A DNA stretch of 63,463 bases, counting the filler, from Parasitella parasitica NRRL 2501 (Eukaryota > Fungi > Mucoromycota), in NCBI GenBank assembly GCA_025201805.1. It is 10 parts of 9 records of this genome, joined end to end, with 100 filler letters (N's around TTAATTAATTAA, not from the genome) between each part and the next. Parts side by side here need not be neighbours in the genome. Positions count along the whole stretch, not along the records: positions 61,195 to 63,463 come from MU619571.1; 9 more parts are not named here. One strand, given 5' to 3'. This document shows, piece after piece, positions 62,851 to 63,463 of this stretch; positions within the stretch are counted from its first letter, which is position 1; the number at the start of each line of letters is the position of its first letter. The position numbers and the translations under genes were made by a program. Under the pieces are notes generated by a model. The model had not been told where the DNA came from. It searched no databases and saw nothing but the letters and a program-made list of their open reading frames with translations.

Positions 62851-63095
62851 AGCCTATTACAAAGAAAGGAGAAAATGCTGTTGTAAGGACCAAGACAAAA
62901 AGAGCAATCAATATTTCTGTTCTGTCTGGAATTTCTTACAATGGTATCGAAGATGTATCCGTGAAGCAAGTTCCTGGAGGCACTACCACCAAGACCTTCA
63001 TTGATTTTATCAAACAAATCATTGCAAGTATGAACAGAGACAATTATTTCATTATGGATAATACTAGAATTCACACGGCTCCCAAGGTGGGCTGA
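62850..63095 (+). pseudogene. Tc1/IS630-like transposase fragment, antisense to and interrupting the Helitron ORF
   Basis: GENAVV...NISVLSGIS..G...GGTT...FIDFI...YFIMDNTRIH is the DDE_3 middle region. The first ~75 aa of ORF 61143-63074 are its antisense shadow. Confidence 0.75.
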
Positions 63096-63463
63096 TGTTA
63101 ATTACTGGCAGTCTTTCACACATCGTATTGAATTAGTAAAGCAGATCTTAGTTCTTAACTAAGATCCTGAGAATAAAGCATTAATAATAAGAATTATATT
63201 ATTAATATTATACATTTAAAGACGATTGTACAACTTGTACTCCACATTAATCAAGCACTGCCTGCTGCTTTTTTCCCATGAAGCTTAATAATTTAATCAA
63301 GATCAAATTATTACATTAGTAACTTGAATTCACTATATTTTACTTTAATATAAATAAGATGAAGTTCAAGAAACTAACCAAAACTTCACTTACATTTTTA
63401 ACTTTAAGAAATCAAGAAGAGTTATTATTGTATTTTTCTAAGCTTTTTTTAATTTTTATAGCA

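Noticed and set aside
62850-63074. Novel N-terminal domain on the Helitron ORF
   Set aside because: It is the antisense reading of a Tc1/IS630 transposase fragment.

Overview
AT-rich, intron-containing eukaryotic DNA that looks like a Mucorales (Mucor-type) fungal draft assembly. It is not continuous: nine artificial 100-bp linkers (N44-TTAATTAATTAA-N44) join ten contigs, and there are two long plain N gaps (38283-38842, 50909-51770), so adjacency across linkers is unproven. The left half holds ordinary genes: a PPR protein, a ROM1/2-type RhoGEF, tRNA-Glu(TTC), two PX-domain AGC kinase paralogues (one split by an intronic Ty3/Gypsy element), a PRB1-like subtilase, a small membrane protein and a DHX29-like helicase with a GC-AG intron. 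The rest is nested mobile DNA: a Crypton start, several solo LTRs with target-site duplications, two Ty3/Gypsy elements, a CMC/CACTA-like transposase, LINE pieces, Tc1/IS630 pieces and a Helitron. The best candidates for something new are (i) two intact, spliced genes with PD-(D/E)xK nuclease-like motifs among TE debris, one with an acidic tandem-repeat tail; (ii) a pair of chimeric solo LTRs facing each other, forming a ~300-bp inverted repeat next to a tRNA gene; and (iii) several TA|CAGT-ended DNA transposon ends carrying strictly phased 19-23-bp motif arrays, one apparently linked to a small orphan ORF. All family calls come from motif recognition by eye; no database searches were run.
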